A DNA stretch of 64,000 nucleotides from a virus. Under the pieces are notes generated by a model. The model worked only from the letters and a program-made list of their open reading frames with translations, made no database searches and had not been told where the DNA came from. Within the stretch, counting starts at the first letter, position 1. Each line of letters starts with the position of its first letter. Made by a program: the position numbers and the translations under genes. The stretch lies in the IMG/VR virus record IMGVR_UViG_3300045988_044066. The stretch is one strand, 5' to 3'. Shown piece by piece: positions 63,777 to 64,000 of the stretch.

Positions 63777-64000
63777 ATGTATAAGAGAGGTCTGTGTGCT
63801 TTATGTTTATTGACCACTGTGGGAATGTCGGTATCCGCCCAGCAAATACGAACTTCTTACTTCATGCAATCCTCTACGGCACGCACGACAATGAATCCGG
63901 CGTATCGTCCCGAGAGAGGCTATGTCTCCATTCCGGTATTAGGTGCGGTTGGCGCTTCGTATGGTACGAACGGAATAGCTGTGGATAATTTTATTTATCC
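63777..64000 (+). CDS. signal-peptide-bearing protein, 5' partial (continues beyond window); Bacteroidetes-type secreted or outer-membrane protein
   Basis: Hand translation: MYKRGLCALCLLTTVGMSVSAQQIRTSYFMQSSTARTTMNPAYRPERGYVSIPVLGAVGASYG... with no stop before the window end. Confidence 0.4.
   Translation, partial: MYKRGLCALCLLTTVGMSVSAQQIRTSYFMQSSTARTTMNPAYRPERGYVSIPVLGAVGASYGTNGIAVDNFIY

Overview
The window looks like part of an AT-rich (about one-third GC) genome of a large virulent-type phage. Nearly every gene is on the minus strand, and the GC-richer last ~1 kb (63.1-64 kb) looks like Bacteroides-type host or acquired DNA. All calls below come from reading the sequence by eye; no searches or tools were run.

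From 1 to ~20 kb there is a DNA replication and nucleotide metabolism block:
- an anaerobic ribonucleotide reductase gene nrdD, split by an insertion that carries an HNH endonuclease ORF and is probably a group I intron;
- nrdG, a Dda-like helicase (partial), a DnaB-like helicase, a primase, an SSB-like protein and an AAA_24/Sak4-like ATPase;
- an SF2 UvsW-like helicase, a PD-(D/E)xK exonuclease, a Holliday-junction-resolvase-like protein, an NT5C deoxyribonucleotidase and a metallophosphoesterase.

Further along are a ferritin, a bactofilin-like protein, RNase H, an AAA+ ATPase, a vWA protein and a short PurA homologue that may be PurZ-like. There are also a flotillin/NfeD pair, a possible Ro60/TROVE-vWA (Rsr-like) protein, three dispersed paralogues of an unknown ~290-aa family, and several endonuclease ORFs of homing-endonuclease type.

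Twenty-nine tRNA or tRNA-like genes are listed below, all on the minus strand:
- three tRNAs with a CAT anticodon;
- an amber-suppressor tRNA with a CTA anticodon;
- a tRNA-His that encodes G-1;
- a tRNA with a class-II body but a UGU anticodon;
- a tRNA-Pro(TGG) whose anticodon loop is interrupted by an ~0.8-kb insertion encoding an endonuclease-like ORF.

There is also a tmRNA, and a hairpin with a conserved loop but different (covarying) stems that occurs three times next to tRNA genes. Coordinates of RNA features are hand-derived and should be taken as within a few nucleotides.
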